From Pseudomonadota bacterium (lineage in GTDB: Bacteria > UBA10199 > 2-02-FULL-44-16 > JAAZCA01), in assembly GCA_043822785.1 (NCBI GenBank), contig JBDRBN010000009.1, forward strand, positions 1 to 11,427: a stretch of 11,427 bases of DNA, given 5' to 3'. The translations under genes were made by a program, and so were the position numbers. This document shows positions 1 through 8,967 of this stretch, one piece after another. Position 1 is the first letter of the stretch. Each line of letters opens with the position of its first letter. The notes under the pieces were generated by a model. The model searched no databases and was not told the DNA's origin. It saw nothing but the letters and a program-made list of their open reading frames with translations.

Positions 1-19
1 CTAGTAACATTTATTATGT

Positions 20-253
20 ATGAAGATAGAAAATATTGAAAAAATTAGATCAAGATTTGATCATGAATGGTTGCTAATCGCTATTGATGAGGTCGATAAA
101 GAGACAAGTGTACCTTTACGCGGCCGCCTTTTATTTCATAGCCCTCGCCGAGAGGATATCTATGAGGCTTCAAAAAAATTTCCAGATCTCGCATACATTG
201 TCTATTCAGAAGACTGGCCAGATGATCTTGCGGCTTGTTTTATAATAATATGA
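20..253 (+). CDS. Small hypothetical protein (77 aa), DUF5678-like partner of the downstream aspartyl protease
   Basis: Clean ORF whose TGA overlaps the next ATG (ATGA, 250-253). The EWLLIAID...GRLLFHSPRREDIYE pattern resembles small proteins found upstream of retropepsin-like proteases; the family call is from memory. Confidence 0.65.
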   Translation: MKIENIEKIRSRFDHEWLLIAIDEVDKETSVPLRGRLLFHSPRREDIYEASKKFPDLAYIVYSEDWPDDLAACFIII

Positions 254-636
254 GTACATTAAAATTTCCCAGAAATACTCAGTCAATAATCATACCAGTT
301 CGTATCAAAGGCCCTCAAAAAGAGCGATATGCACGAATGATTTTAGATACTGGGGCGACCTATACTATGGTATGTCCAGAAATCTTGATAGAAACAGGAT
401 ATGATTTAACCTGCCCGAAGCGTAAAGAAGCCATCACTACTGCGAGTAGCATTGAATATACTCCATTTTATGTAATACAGCAGATAGAAGCTGTTGGAAA
501 AATAATGGATAACATTGAAGTTGCTTCTCACACTCTTCCGCCCCGTGTTCCTGCCGATGGCCTCCTTGGTCTTAATTTTCTGAGAAAATACAAATTCATT
601 ATGCATGTTGATGAAGGTTATTTAGAACTGATTTAG
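250..636 (+). CDS. Retropepsin-like (clan AA) aspartyl protease
   Basis: Catalytic motif ILDTGATYT and C-terminal GLLGLNFL. Start placed at 250 rather than 235 because of the ATGA overlap. Confidence 0.88.
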   Translation: MSTLKFPRNTQSIIIPVRIKGPQKERYARMILDTGATYTMVCPEILIETGYDLTCPKRKEAITTASSIEYTPFYVIQQIEAVGKIMDNIEVASHTLPPRVPADGLLGLNFLRKYKFIMHVDEGYLELI

Positions 637-651
637 AGGTTAAATTATTAC

Positions 652-720
652 GGAGATTGCTTCGTCACTGGAGCTTGCCCTGAGCGAACAAAGTAAGTCG
701 AAGGGCTCCTCGCAATGACA
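652..720. repeat. Palindromic REP-like repeat, right half, with a 38-nt insert in the loop
   Basis: GGAGATTGCTTCGTC (652-666) and GCTCCTCGCAATGACA (705-720) are identical to the right half of the 11328-11413 copy. Confidence 0.85.
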
Positions 721-814
721 AAATTGGAACAATCCTTCCGAATTAGGGCCTGGCATTTTCTGGTAGTCGTACCAATAAGAAGTCAGTTGTTACTGGTATC
801 CTTGTATAAAGCAC

Positions 815-1126
815 TCATTCAATCTCGCCCATCTTGCGCAGTTTGTTTATGTACTTTTCTGGATCATTCATAAATGTGCTTCGAGAACACCCACAGCTAA
901 GCCCATAGCGCTTGCCCTTATATATGGCAAAGCTTCGGCCGTTTACCGCATGTCCATTTACAGGATCGGTCTTGTTCATAATATCAACTACCATTGTGCC
1001 CGAGTGAGTGGCAACGAGTGGATGATCTGTCTTAGGAGATTTTAGAGCAAGCTGTGTAGGTGAGTGAGATGCAAGGCAAGGATAAGCATATGCGATGATA
1101 CAAAGTACAAGAATGAGTTTCTTCAT
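815..1126 (-). CDS. Exported small protein with a divergent YHS-like domain
   Basis: Signal-peptide-like N-terminus MKKLILVLCIIAYAYPCLA. C-terminal DPVNG...YKGKRYGLSCGC...FMNDPEKY matches the YHS pattern DPVCG..Y.G..Y.FCS..C...F..DPE.Y. Confidence 0.7.
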   Translation of the reverse strand: MKKLILVLCIIAYAYPCLASHSPTQLALKSPKTDHPLVATHSGTMVVDIMNKTDPVNGHAVNGRSFAIYKGKRYGLSCGCSRSTFMNDPEKYINKLRKMGEIE

Positions 1127-1143
1127 ATGATTTTCTTTCAATG

Positions 1144-1254
1144 TGTCATTGCGAGCCCGCCAAAGATCGTTGGCGGGCGAAGCAATCTCCGTAGTTTAGG
1201 AGATTACTTCGGGCTGCGCCCTCGTAATGACAAGGCAGAGGGCTTGCGATGACA
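1144..1254. repeat. Complete TGTC-tagged palindromic repeat (1144-1232) plus a degenerate extra right end (to 1254)
   Basis: Outer IR TGTCATTGCGAG/CTCGTAATGACA; inner IR CGAAGCAATCTCC/GGAGATTACTTCG; side hairpins CCCGCCAA-N6-TTGGCGGG and GGGC-TGC-GCCC; then CTTGCGATGACA. Confidence 0.88.
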
Positions 1255-1262
1255 ATAGTCTT

Positions 1263-2195
1263 CTATTGCTCTTCTTGAAAAACCGGTGTGCTCAAATACC
1301 TTTCGCCAGTATCAGGAATAATAGTCACAATCATCTTGCCTTTGTTTTCCTCTCGTTCTGCAACTAAAACAGCTGCGTGCACGTTTGCGCCTGATGATAT
1401 GCCTGCGAGAATGCCTTCTTCTTTAGCCAGCCTTCTTGTCATGGCAAGTGCATCGTCGCTTTTTACCTGGATGATCTCATCTATGATATCCTTGTTTAGC
1501 ACATCAGGCACAAAGCCGGCGCCTATGCCCTGGATCTTGTGAGGGCCAGGCGCATTGCCGGAGAGCACTGCCGATTCAGCCGGCTCAACAGCAATGGCTT
1601 TGAGCTCCGGCTTTTGTTTTTTTATCACCTCACTAACGCCTGTGATGGTGCCCCCTGTGCCCACGCCTGCCACAAAGATATCGATCTTGCCTTCGGTATC
1701 CCTAAGTATCTCCTCGGCAGTTGTCTTGCGGTGCACATCTGGATTAGCTGGATTCTGAAATTGCATTGGTATGAACGACTTCTTCATCCCTTGTGCAAGC
1801 TCCACAGCCCTGTTGATGGCGCCCTTCATTCCTTCGCTGCCTGGCGTGAGCACAAGCTTTGCGCCAAGCGCCTTGAGTAATTTTTGGCGCTCCATGCTCA
1901 TGGTGTCGGGCATGGTGAGAATAAGGCGATAGCCGCGCGTAGCAGCGACCATGGCGAGCGCAATGCCCGTGTTGCCGCTGGTGGGCTCGATGATCGTTGT
2001 TTTATCGTCTATCAGGCCTTGCTTCTCTGCTGCAGCGATCATGCTAAGCCCGATTCGATCTTTTACTGAACCCCCGGGATTAAACGACTCAAGCTTTCCC
2101 AAGACCTGGGCTTCGCAGCTTTGGGTCACCCGGTTGAGACGAACTAGAGGTGTGTTTCCGATAAGCTCAGTTATGTTTGATGCAATTTTCAGCAT
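1263..2195 (-). CDS. cysK: Cysteine synthase A (O-acetylserine sulfhydrylase)
   Basis: [16 protein letters not shown] (PLP lysine), PTSGNTG, GVGTGGT, HKIQGIG, ERYLST. GGAGG lies 5 nt upstream of the ATG at 2195. Confidence 0.96.
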   Translation of the reverse strand: MLKIASNITELIGNTPLVRLNRVTQSCEAQVLGKLESFNPGGSVKDRIGLSMIAAAEKQGLIDDKTTIIEPTSGNTGIALAMVAATRGYRLILTMPDTMSMERQKLLKALGAKLVLTPGSEGMKGAINRAVELAQGMKKSFIPMQFQNPANPDVHRKTTAEEILRDTEGKIDIFVAGVGTGGTITGVSEVIKKQKPELKAIAVEPAESAVLSGNAPGPHKIQGIGAGFVPDVLNKDIIDEIIQVKSDDALAMTRRLAKEEGILAGISSGANVHAAVLVAEREENKGKMIVTIIPDTGERYLSTPVFQEEQ

Positions 2196-2303
2196 ACATG
2201 CCTCCACATCAATATTTTACTCGTATCTTGTAACTCGCTCCTCGTCAATTGCTATGGATTACCTCTTGTTTCGTTCAGTACGCAGTGCTAAAAATACGCC
2301 ATT

Positions 2304-4757
2304 ATGATTGTGCTTAAATTCGGAGGTACCTCTTTAGCAACCGCGCCCTTGTTTTCCTCCATCGCTCGCATTGTGGGAAAATGTCGCAAAGAAGACAAGC
2401 TTGCCGTTGTCGTTTCCGCCTGCGCAGACACAACCGACAGACTGCTCGAAGCTACCCACCATGCTGCAGAAGGCCATCGCGATGAATACGAACGCGTGCT
2501 CAATGCCATTGGCAAGTTTCACTTAAGTCTTGCCGGTAAAGCCGTTGGCAAGCGCCATGGTGCAGCAATCAAGAAGATCATCAAACAGCATCTTTCAATA
2601 CTTGCAGAACACTTGGAAGGCATTGCGCTGTTGCACGAGTGCTCAACAAGGGCAAAAGACTTTATCGTGGGCCACGGCGAACTGCTTTCATCCGCAATTG
2701 TTGCAGCAACGTTGAGATCCAAAGGTATAGCCTCCGAACCTGTTGATGCCCGCAACTTCATAGTAACCGACAACTCGTTCGGCCAAGCTAACATCGACAC
2801 AAAGGTTTCTTTTTCGCGCGTACGCCGCGAGCTTGGGCCGCTTATAAAACGTTGTGTTCCCGTAATCACAGGATTCGTAGGTGCGACGATCGATAAAATT
2901 CCAACTACCATCGGTCGCGGCGGATCTGATCTGACTGCCACATTCATCGGTGCCTCGCTTAAGGCTAAGCGGGTCGAGATCTGGACGGATGTAGAGGGCG
3001 TGCTCTCGGCTGATCCTCGCATCGTGCCCGACGCATTTACGCTTTCACGCTTAAGCTACGCCGAGGTAATGGAGCTGGCCTACTTTGGAGCAAAGGTCGT
3101 TTATCCAAAGGCAATCGCGCCGCTCATCAAACCCCGCATACCGCTTTTAATAAAAAGCACAATAAAGCCCCAAGCAATCGGCACAATCATCTCTAACCGA
3201 ACCGACCCGAGCGTTATCAAGGGAATCACCTCCATCGAGAACATCTCGCTCATCACGCTTGAAGGAAGCGGCATCATCGGCGTGCGCGGCATCGCCGGCC
3301 GCATGTTCTCTGCTCTGGCTCGCAAAAACGTAAACGTCATCATGATCTCCCAGGCATCCTCAGAGCAAAGCGTATGTTGCGCTGTAAATGCATCTGAAGT
3401 TGAAACTGCGATAAATGAATTGCGTTTTGAGTTTGAGCTGGAGCTTAAGCGCGGGCACGTAGCGCGCATCGGGCTTTTTGACGATATGATGATCATAGCG
3501 GTCGTGGGCGAAGGCATGCGCGGAACGCCTGGCGTGGCCGGTCGTCTCTTCTCGGCATTAGGCCGCAACCGCGTAAACGTAGTAGCAATCGCGCAGGGCT
3601 CATCTGAGATCAACATCTCATTTGTAATAGAAGCAAAGAACAAAGTTCGCGCGCTCAATCTGATACACGGCGCGTTTCACCTCTCTACCAATCGCATAAA
3701 CCTTTTTGTCATGGGCAAGGGAACCATCGGCGGCAAATTGCTCGAGCAAATCTCTGACAACCGCGACAAGGTGCGAAAGAACATGGGCATTGATCTGCGC
3801 GTCGTAGGCATTGCAGACAGCAAGCGCTTTATATTTGATAGGGCGACTGTTGATCTTAGATGCTGGAGAACTCTGCTAAAGAAAAGCCACAGCCACATGG
3901 ATGGAAAAACGGTAATTGATAGTCTTTGGTCCACAGGGCTTGAGAACCTCATTGTCGTCGATGCCACTGCTGCACAGGAGATGGCTAAGTTATATCCACA
4001 TATCCTTCGCTCGGGAATGTGCATCATCACGCCTAACAAGCGTGCGAACACGCTGCCCATAAAGCAATACTACGAAATCATGCAGGCTAGGGGGCCGGCG
4101 CGTGCGCGTTATCTCTATGAGACAACGGTTGGTGCAGGTCTGCCTATCATCTCGACATTGCGCGACCTCATCGATAGCGGCGATACCATCCTTTCTATCC
4201 AGGGCGTGTTTTCAGGTACCATGTCATTTATTTTCTCATCCATTGCCCAGGGCTTATCCTTCAGCAAAGCAGTTCTCTTGGCGCGCGAAAAAGGATTTAC
4301 AGAGCCAGACCCGCGCGACGACCTGTGCGGTCAAGATGTTGCGCGCAAACTCCTCATACTAGCGCGCGAGATCGGTTCTGCTATGGAAATGAAAAGCATC
4401 AAAGTTGAGAATCTCGTTCCTGCTTCAATGCGAAAGCTCCCTTTGCAAAAATTTCTTAAACAGATAGACAGGCTCGACGATATATTTGCCAAGGTAATTG
4501 CAAAAGCAGATGCAGATGGAAAATCGCTTCAATACTGCGGACGCCTGCAAGAAAAGCGCGCAACAGTCGGCATCACAAAAGTGCCCAAGTCTTTTCCGCT
4601 TGCCCGAATGAAGCCCGGCGATAACATGGTGATCTTCACTACAGAACGTTATCGCACAAATCCGCTCATCGTTCAGGGCCCGGGTGCAGGCCCGGATGTA
4701 ACCGCAGGCGGAGTGTTTGCTGATATCTTAAGAGCCGCACAATACCTGCTCAAGTGA
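2304..4757 (+). CDS. thrA: Bifunctional aspartate kinase / homoserine dehydrogenase I
   Basis: 817 aa. Kinase motifs KFGGTS, GRGGSD, WTDVEG; two ACT domains (ISQASSE, IAQGSSE); dehydrogenase motifs GKGTIG, YETTVGAGLP, EPDPRDDL, GPGAG. Confidence 0.96.
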   Translation: MIVLKFGGTSLATAPLFSSIARIVGKCRKEDKLAVVVSACADTTDRLLEATHHAAEGHRDEYERVLNAIGKFHLSLAGKAVGKRHGAAIKKIIKQHLSILAEHLEGIALLHECSTRAKDFIVGHGELLSSAIVAATLRSKGIASEPVDARNFIVTDNSFGQANIDTKVSFSRVRRELGPLIKRCVPVITGFVGATIDKIPTTIGRGGSDLTATFIGASLKAKRVEIWTDVEGVLSADPRIVPDAFTLSRLSYAEVMELAYFGAKVVYPKAIAPLIKPRIPLLIKSTIKPQAIGTIISNRTDPSVIKGITSIENISLITLEGSGIIGVRGIAGRMFSALARKNVNVIMISQASSEQSVCCAVNASEVETAINELRFEFELELKRGHVARIGLFDDMMIIAVVGEGMRGTPGVAGRLFSALGRNRVNVVAIAQGSSEINISFVIEAKNKVRALNLIHGAFHLSTNRINLFVMGKGTIGGKLLEQISDNRDKVRKNMGIDLRVVGIADSKRFIFDRATVDLRCWRTLLKKSHSHMDGKTVIDSLWSTGLENLIVVDATAAQEMAKLYPHILRSGMCIITPNKRANTLPIKQYYEIMQARGPARARYLYETTVGAGLPIISTLRDLIDSGDTILSIQGVFSGTMSFIFSSIAQGLSFSKAVLLAREKGFTEPDPRDDLCGQDVARKLLILAREIGSAMEMKSIKVENLVPASMRKLPLQKFLKQIDRLDDIFAKVIAKADADGKSLQYCGRLQEKRATVGITKVPKSFPLARMKPGDNMVIFTTERYRTNPLIVQGPGAGPDVTAGGVFADILRAAQYLLK

Positions 4758-4764
4758 GGAAAGC

Positions 4765-5706
4765 ATGAGCCAACTTCAAAGCATTACGGCTGCTGCACCA
4801 GCCACTATCGCAAACATGGGACCCGGGTTCGACTGCCTTGGTATGGCCATCACCATGCTGCACGATGTGGTAACAGCTACGCAAAGCAATATAAATGGCG
4901 TGAGGATTCGCAGCATCACCGGCGCGTGCGAACATATTTCACAAAGCGTTAAAGAAAACACGGCCGGCCTTGCAGTGCAGGCCTTGCTTCGCGCAACCAA
5001 AACACACGCCGGCATTGTGCTGGATATTGAAAAAGGCATACCAGCCGGCTCTGGTCTGGGAAGCAGCGCTGCAAGTGCTACTGCCGCAGTTTTTGCTGTA
5101 AATAACCTCCTGGGACTTGGCCTTTCTCCGCACGAACTCATTTTCTTTGCAATGCAAGGGGAGCGTGCAAGCGCCGGCACGCCGCACGCAGATAACGTTG
5201 CCCCCGCACTTTTAGGAGGCGTCACCATCGTGCGTTCGATGCGGCCGCTGGATGTGGTGAGCATCAACCCTAGTGCAAAGCTGCGCGTTATCGTCGCGCG
5301 CCCTAATCTTAGACTGGATACGCGAAGCTCGCGCGCGGTTCTGCCTGCAGATCTCACGCTTCATACAGCAACTCGTCAGTGGTCAAACGTAGCTGGTTTG
5401 GTGGCAGGCCTGTGCCTCAAAGACAACGAACTTATCGCCAGATCCATGGAAGATGTAATCGTAGAACCTGCGCGCAAGAGTCTAATACCTAATTTTGCGC
5501 GCATAAAAAACTGCGCCATCAGAAGCGGCGCGATAGGGTGTACAATATCCGGAGGTGGACCATCGGTCTTTGCGCTCGCAAAGGATGCAAGCGCAGCCGA
5601 GTATATAGCATCTGCGATCAAAGAAAATCTTTTGGGCAGACGCCCCAGCTACGATATATTCATAGCAGCGATCGATAAACGCGGTACGCAGATCTTAAAG
5701 AGATGA
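4765..5706 (+). CDS. thrB: Homoserine kinase (GHMP family)
   Basis: PATIANMGPGFDCLG, IPAGSGLGSSAASA, HADNVAP, ISGGGPS; GAGGA RBS; lies between thrA and thrC. Confidence 0.95.
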   Translation: MSQLQSITAAAPATIANMGPGFDCLGMAITMLHDVVTATQSNINGVRIRSITGACEHISQSVKENTAGLAVQALLRATKTHAGIVLDIEKGIPAGSGLGSSAASATAAVFAVNNLLGLGLSPHELIFFAMQGERASAGTPHADNVAPALLGGVTIVRSMRPLDVVSINPSAKLRVIVARPNLRLDTRSSRAVLPADLTLHTATRQWSNVAGLVAGLCLKDNELIARSMEDVIVEPARKSLIPNFARIKNCAIRSGAIGCTISGGGPSVFALAKDASAAEYIASAIKENLLGRRPSYDIFIAAIDKRGTQILKR

Positions 5707-7019
5707 TCATGAACAAGATTCGCTTTTGCAGCACAAATAAAAATGCCCCTGATGCGAGTTTTTCTGAAGCAGCACTGATCGGGCAACCAAAAGATCAAGG
5801 GTTATATTTTCCCACAACCTTGCCGCAGCTTGAGATGAGCGAGCTTGAGGAGTTTGCCGATCGCCCGTTTAGCGAACTGGCTTTCTATTTAACCGGATTG
5901 TGGATAGGAGGAGAACTTCCCGAATCAGTGTGGATGCCCTTTGCAGAACGCGCGTTTAATTTCCCGGTAAAATTGCGCGAGATTGATGACGCGCGCTTTG
6001 TGCTTGAACTGTTTCATGGACCCACGCTGAGCTTTAAAGATGTGGGTGCTCGCTTTCTTGCTGGTTTTCTTGATGCTGTGCTTAACTCTCAGGGAAAGAC
6101 GGCAACTATCCTAACAGCGACCTCAGGGGATACGGGCAGCGCTGTGGCTGATGCCTTTGCAGGGCATAAGACAATGCGCACGGTTGTTCTTTATCCAAAA
6201 GGGCAGATCAGTTTGATTCAGGAACATCAAATTGCGCTAGCACGCGAAGGTGTTAGGCCGATTGCTGTAAACGGCACGTTTGACGATTGCCAGGCGCTCG
6301 TGAAAGGGGCCATGGCTGATCCCGAGCTTGCAAAGATAAATCCTACATCTGCAAATTCAATCAATGTTGGCCGACTAATCCCACAATCGTTTTTATTTGT
6401 TTATGCTGCTCTGGCCATGTCGCGTGATGGCAGCCCAATCGTCGTCTCTGTTCCGTGCGGCAACTTTGGCAATCTCACAGCAGGACTTATTGCAAAGTTT
6501 CAAGGCGCGCCAATCGAATTCATATCCGCTACCAATGTAAATGACGTGGTGTCGCGCTATTTCAAAACAGGGCATTATGAGCCGCGCAAGTCTGTGAGAA
6601 CGCTCTCGTCAGCAATGGATGTAGGAAATCCGAGTAACCTAGCGCGCATACGCCATCTATTTAATGACGATGTAAATGAGATGCGGAAAACGATCTTTCC
6701 TGTGGCTGTTAGCGACGAGGTTACGCTTGCGACCATACGTGAGGTGCATGCGCGAACAGGCTATCTTCTTGATCCACATGGCGCTGTTGCCTGGGAAGGC
6801 GCATCGCAATGGCGAAGGAGCGTTAAGGGGCATGTGGGGCCGGTGATCTCACTTGAAACTGCCCATCCAGCCAAGTTCCCCGACGCTGCAGAGAGGGCAA
6901 CCGGATTACGACCTGAGATACCTGACATGCTTAGCAAGCAGCTCGCACAACCAATGGCATCTGAAGGGCTGGAAAACGATCCAAAAGCATTTAAGGAATA
7001 TCTGCTAGATTTTTTTTAA
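5703..7019 (+). CDS. thrC: Threonine synthase
   Basis: LELFHGPTLSFKDVGAR (PLP lysine), ATSGDTG, SANSINVGRL, VPCGNFGN, ETAHPAKF. ATGA overlap with thrB; alternative start at 5709. Confidence 0.95.
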   Translation: MIMNKIRFCSTNKNAPDASFSEAALIGQPKDQGLYFPTTLPQLEMSELEEFADRPFSELAFYLTGLWIGGELPESVWMPFAERAFNFPVKLREIDDARFVLELFHGPTLSFKDVGARFLAGFLDAVLNSQGKTATILTATSGDTGSAVADAFAGHKTMRTVVLYPKGQISLIQEHQIALAREGVRPIAVNGTFDDCQALVKGAMADPELAKINPTSANSINVGRLIPQSFLFVYAALAMSRDGSPIVVSVPCGNFGNLTAGLIAKFQGAPIEFISATNVNDVVSRYFKTGHYEPRKSVRTLSSAMDVGNPSNLARIRHLFNDDVNEMRKTIFPVAVSDEVTLATIREVHARTGYLLDPHGAVAWEGASQWRRSVKGHVGPVISLETAHPAKFPDAAERATGLRPEIPDMLSKQLAQPMASEGLENDPKAFKEYLLDFF

Positions 7020-7091
7020 CAAATATTTTTATTGCAATGAATGTGTGCCTGAGAGATGTGTGCGCATGAAAAAATACATAGGAGCATAGTC

Positions 7092-8018
7092 ATGATGAAA
7101 AAGAATATTTCAATCTTCAGTATTGTCATGTTGCTCATAATAACGATCGCTGGCTGCACGAGCAACAAATCAAAACTCCGTTTTCAAGCCATCTACCTGG
7201 ATATGGACGGAACAGCCCTTACGAGCGATCACAACATACGGCCTGCAACTATTGAGGCGTTAAATTTATACAGAAGCTGTGGCGGGCGCGTTGGGATTGC
7301 TACGGGCAGAACCCTTGAGCAGGTAAAACCCTTTCTAAATGACATAAAGCCGGATTTGCCGATGGTGTTGTTCAATGGAGGTGTTGTGGTGAATCCTTCT
7401 GATGAGCAAGTGCTGTTTAGTGCTGTTATGGATTATGATATAGCAAAAAGCATAGTGAAGAAAGCTAGAGGAGATGGCGTTAGGGGAGTATTTGTCAATT
7501 ACGTAAAAGAGACCCTGCTCGATCGCAGCAATTCCGACATGGATGCACTCTTAAAGAGGACGAATATCTCAGGGGTACGGATATGTCCTGATTTGGCTGA
7601 ATGCATAGAGCAGAAGCAGAAGAAAGACGGCGAGCTCCCTATCAAGATATCATTCGTAGTTGAGCCTCTTAAAAATGAGATCATAGCGTCAAAGCTAAAT
7701 GAGGTGCTTGGAGATAAAGGCCGTGCGATCACCTCGCACGAAGAATCCATTGCAGTGCTTCCAAAGGGTGTGGATAAGGCTGATGCACTTAAGAAGATTT
7801 TTTCTCAAAATGGTTTAACGCTGGATGACGTAATAGTTTTTGGAGATTCCAACAATGATACGCGAATGGCGGATGAAATTCCGGTGAGCATTGCCATGGG
7901 CAACTGCCGTCCCGACACATGCGAAGCTGCCCTTTTTACGATTGGCACCAACGACACAGACTCGATAGCCCGCGTGATAAAACGCCTTGTGCTTTTGGAT
8001 GAATGCAAGGGATCATGA
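7092..8018 (+). CDS. Cof-type HAD-IIB phosphatase with a predicted lipoprotein signal peptide
   Basis: Motif I YLDMDGT, motif II ATGR, FNGG, K of GVDKA, motif IV FGDSNND. N-terminus MMKK + hydrophobic run + IAG-C. AGGAG RBS precedes the ATG at 7092. Confidence 0.88.
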   Translation: MMKKNISIFSIVMLLIITIAGCTSNKSKLRFQAIYLDMDGTALTSDHNIRPATIEALNLYRSCGGRVGIATGRTLEQVKPFLNDIKPDLPMVLFNGGVVVNPSDEQVLFSAVMDYDIAKSIVKKARGDGVRGVFVNYVKETLLDRSNSDMDALLKRTNISGVRICPDLAECIEQKQKKDGELPIKISFVVEPLKNEIIASKLNEVLGDKGRAITSHEESIAVLPKGVDKADALKKIFSQNGLTLDDVIVFGDSNNDTRMADEIPVSIAMGNCRPDTCEAALFTIGTNDTDSIARVIKRLVLLDECKGS

Positions 8019-8032
8019 GCTCAAATCGCACG

Positions 8033-8047
8033 GCTCCCCGCAATGAC
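8033..8047. repeat. Degenerate right-end remnant of the TGTC palindromic repeat
   Basis: GCTCCCCGCAATGAC matches GCTCCTCGCAATGAC at 14/15; lies in the short HAD-GNAT gap. Confidence 0.55.
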
Positions 8048-8066
8048 GATGCGGAGGCTTTTGGTG

Positions 8067-8510
8067 ATGACGCTGATTCGCAGAGCGCAAAAAAAGGATT
8101 GGGATGATATAACTCATCTTCTAAAGGACATGGATCTTGTTCATGGTTCTATTTCCATACAGAATTTCTGGGTGGCTCTGCAAGGCGACAAGGTCGCTGC
8201 AGTGGCTCAGCTTGAGCCATGGGAAAACTACTTTTTTTTGAGTTCTGTAGGTGTGCGCACAGATTGTAGAGGCAGGGGAATTGCCACAGCCCTAATCAAC
8301 CAAATGCTCTCGCACGTAAAGCATGATATCTATCTATATACGATCATTCCTGAGTTTTTTGAGAAACTCGGATTTGAGAATACAGACCCTCCTGATGGCA
8401 ATGATTATCGAAGACATTTTGATTGCGACGAATGTGCACCTGAGAAATGTGCGTGTATGAAAAGACCTGTTACACCTTTTCAACATCGCCGGCTGACATC
8501 TCGCACTTGA
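8067..8510 (+). CDS. GNAT-family N-acetyltransferase with a Cys-rich C-terminus
   Basis: Acetyl-CoA motif VGVRTDCRGRGIA, YLYT, FFEKLGF. GGAGG at 8053-8057 supports a start at GTG 8064 or ATG 8067. Confidence 0.85.
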   Translation: MTLIRRAQKKDWDDITHLLKDMDLVHGSISIQNFWVALQGDKVAAVAQLEPWENYFFLSSVGVRTDCRGRGIATALINQMLSHVKHDIYLYTIIPEFFEKLGFENTDPPDGNDYRRHFDCDECAPEKCACMKRPVTPFQHRRLTSRT

Positions 8511-8967
8511 TCCTGTTGTTCATGATCTTTAAAAGTATGCGAACTCTGCCGGCAGCGGAGACCGGCTTTTCAAGTATTCCTACAAGATCTCTAAACACGC
8601 CAGAGCGGATGCGCACCTCGTCGCCTTTGTTCATGGTGATCCTCTGTTCAATCACATCTTGGCCGTCTGTGCGTTCTTTTATGATGTGGATCATCTCATC
8701 CGGCACCGGCACGGGCATGGCGCCATCGCCTAAGATCTTTCGAACGCCGCGCGTGTATTTGATCATGCGATATAAGTTTGCATCCTTCAGGTCGATATGT
8801 ACGAAGATGTAAGCAGGGAACAAGGGCCTGATACGCGACGAAGACCTTTTGGAACCTCGCACCATGGTTCTTATTTTGGGAAGAAAGGTCTCGAAGTTTG
8901 CATTTTTGAGGTGCTGCTTTACAGATTCCTCTGCAGTGGGTTTGGTTTGGATAACATACCAATTCAT
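8470..8967 (-). CDS. NusG-paralog transcription antiterminator (RfaH/UpxY/LoaP-like)
   Basis: NGN domain (WYVIQTKP, PLFPAYIFV, TRGVRKILG, PVPVPD) plus KOW domain (GDEVRIRSGVF). ATGA overlap with ugd; not in the secE-nusG-rplK context. Confidence 0.9.
   Translation of the reverse strand: MNWYVIQTKPTAEESVKQHLKNANFETFLPKIRTMVRGSKRSSSRIRPLFPAYIFVHIDLKDANLYRMIKYTRGVRKILGDGAMPVPVPDEMIHIIKERTDGQDVIEQRITMNKGDEVRIRSGVFRDLVGILEKPVSAAGRVRILLKIMNNRIKCEMSAGDVEKV

Noticed and set aside
1064..1252. 62-aa + strand ORF
   Set aside because: Overlaps the YHS gene antisense and is mostly a translation of the palindromic repeat.
1288..6575. Many antisense or alternate-frame ORFs in cysK and thrABC (e.g. 2519-3022, 3101-3658, 4776-5357)
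   Set aside because: Shadow ORFs of well-supported genes with no recognisable motifs.
8470..8967. Housekeeping nusG
   Set aside because: Lacks the secE/rplK context and the typical NusG C-terminal FGR-TP motif; fits a specialised paralog.
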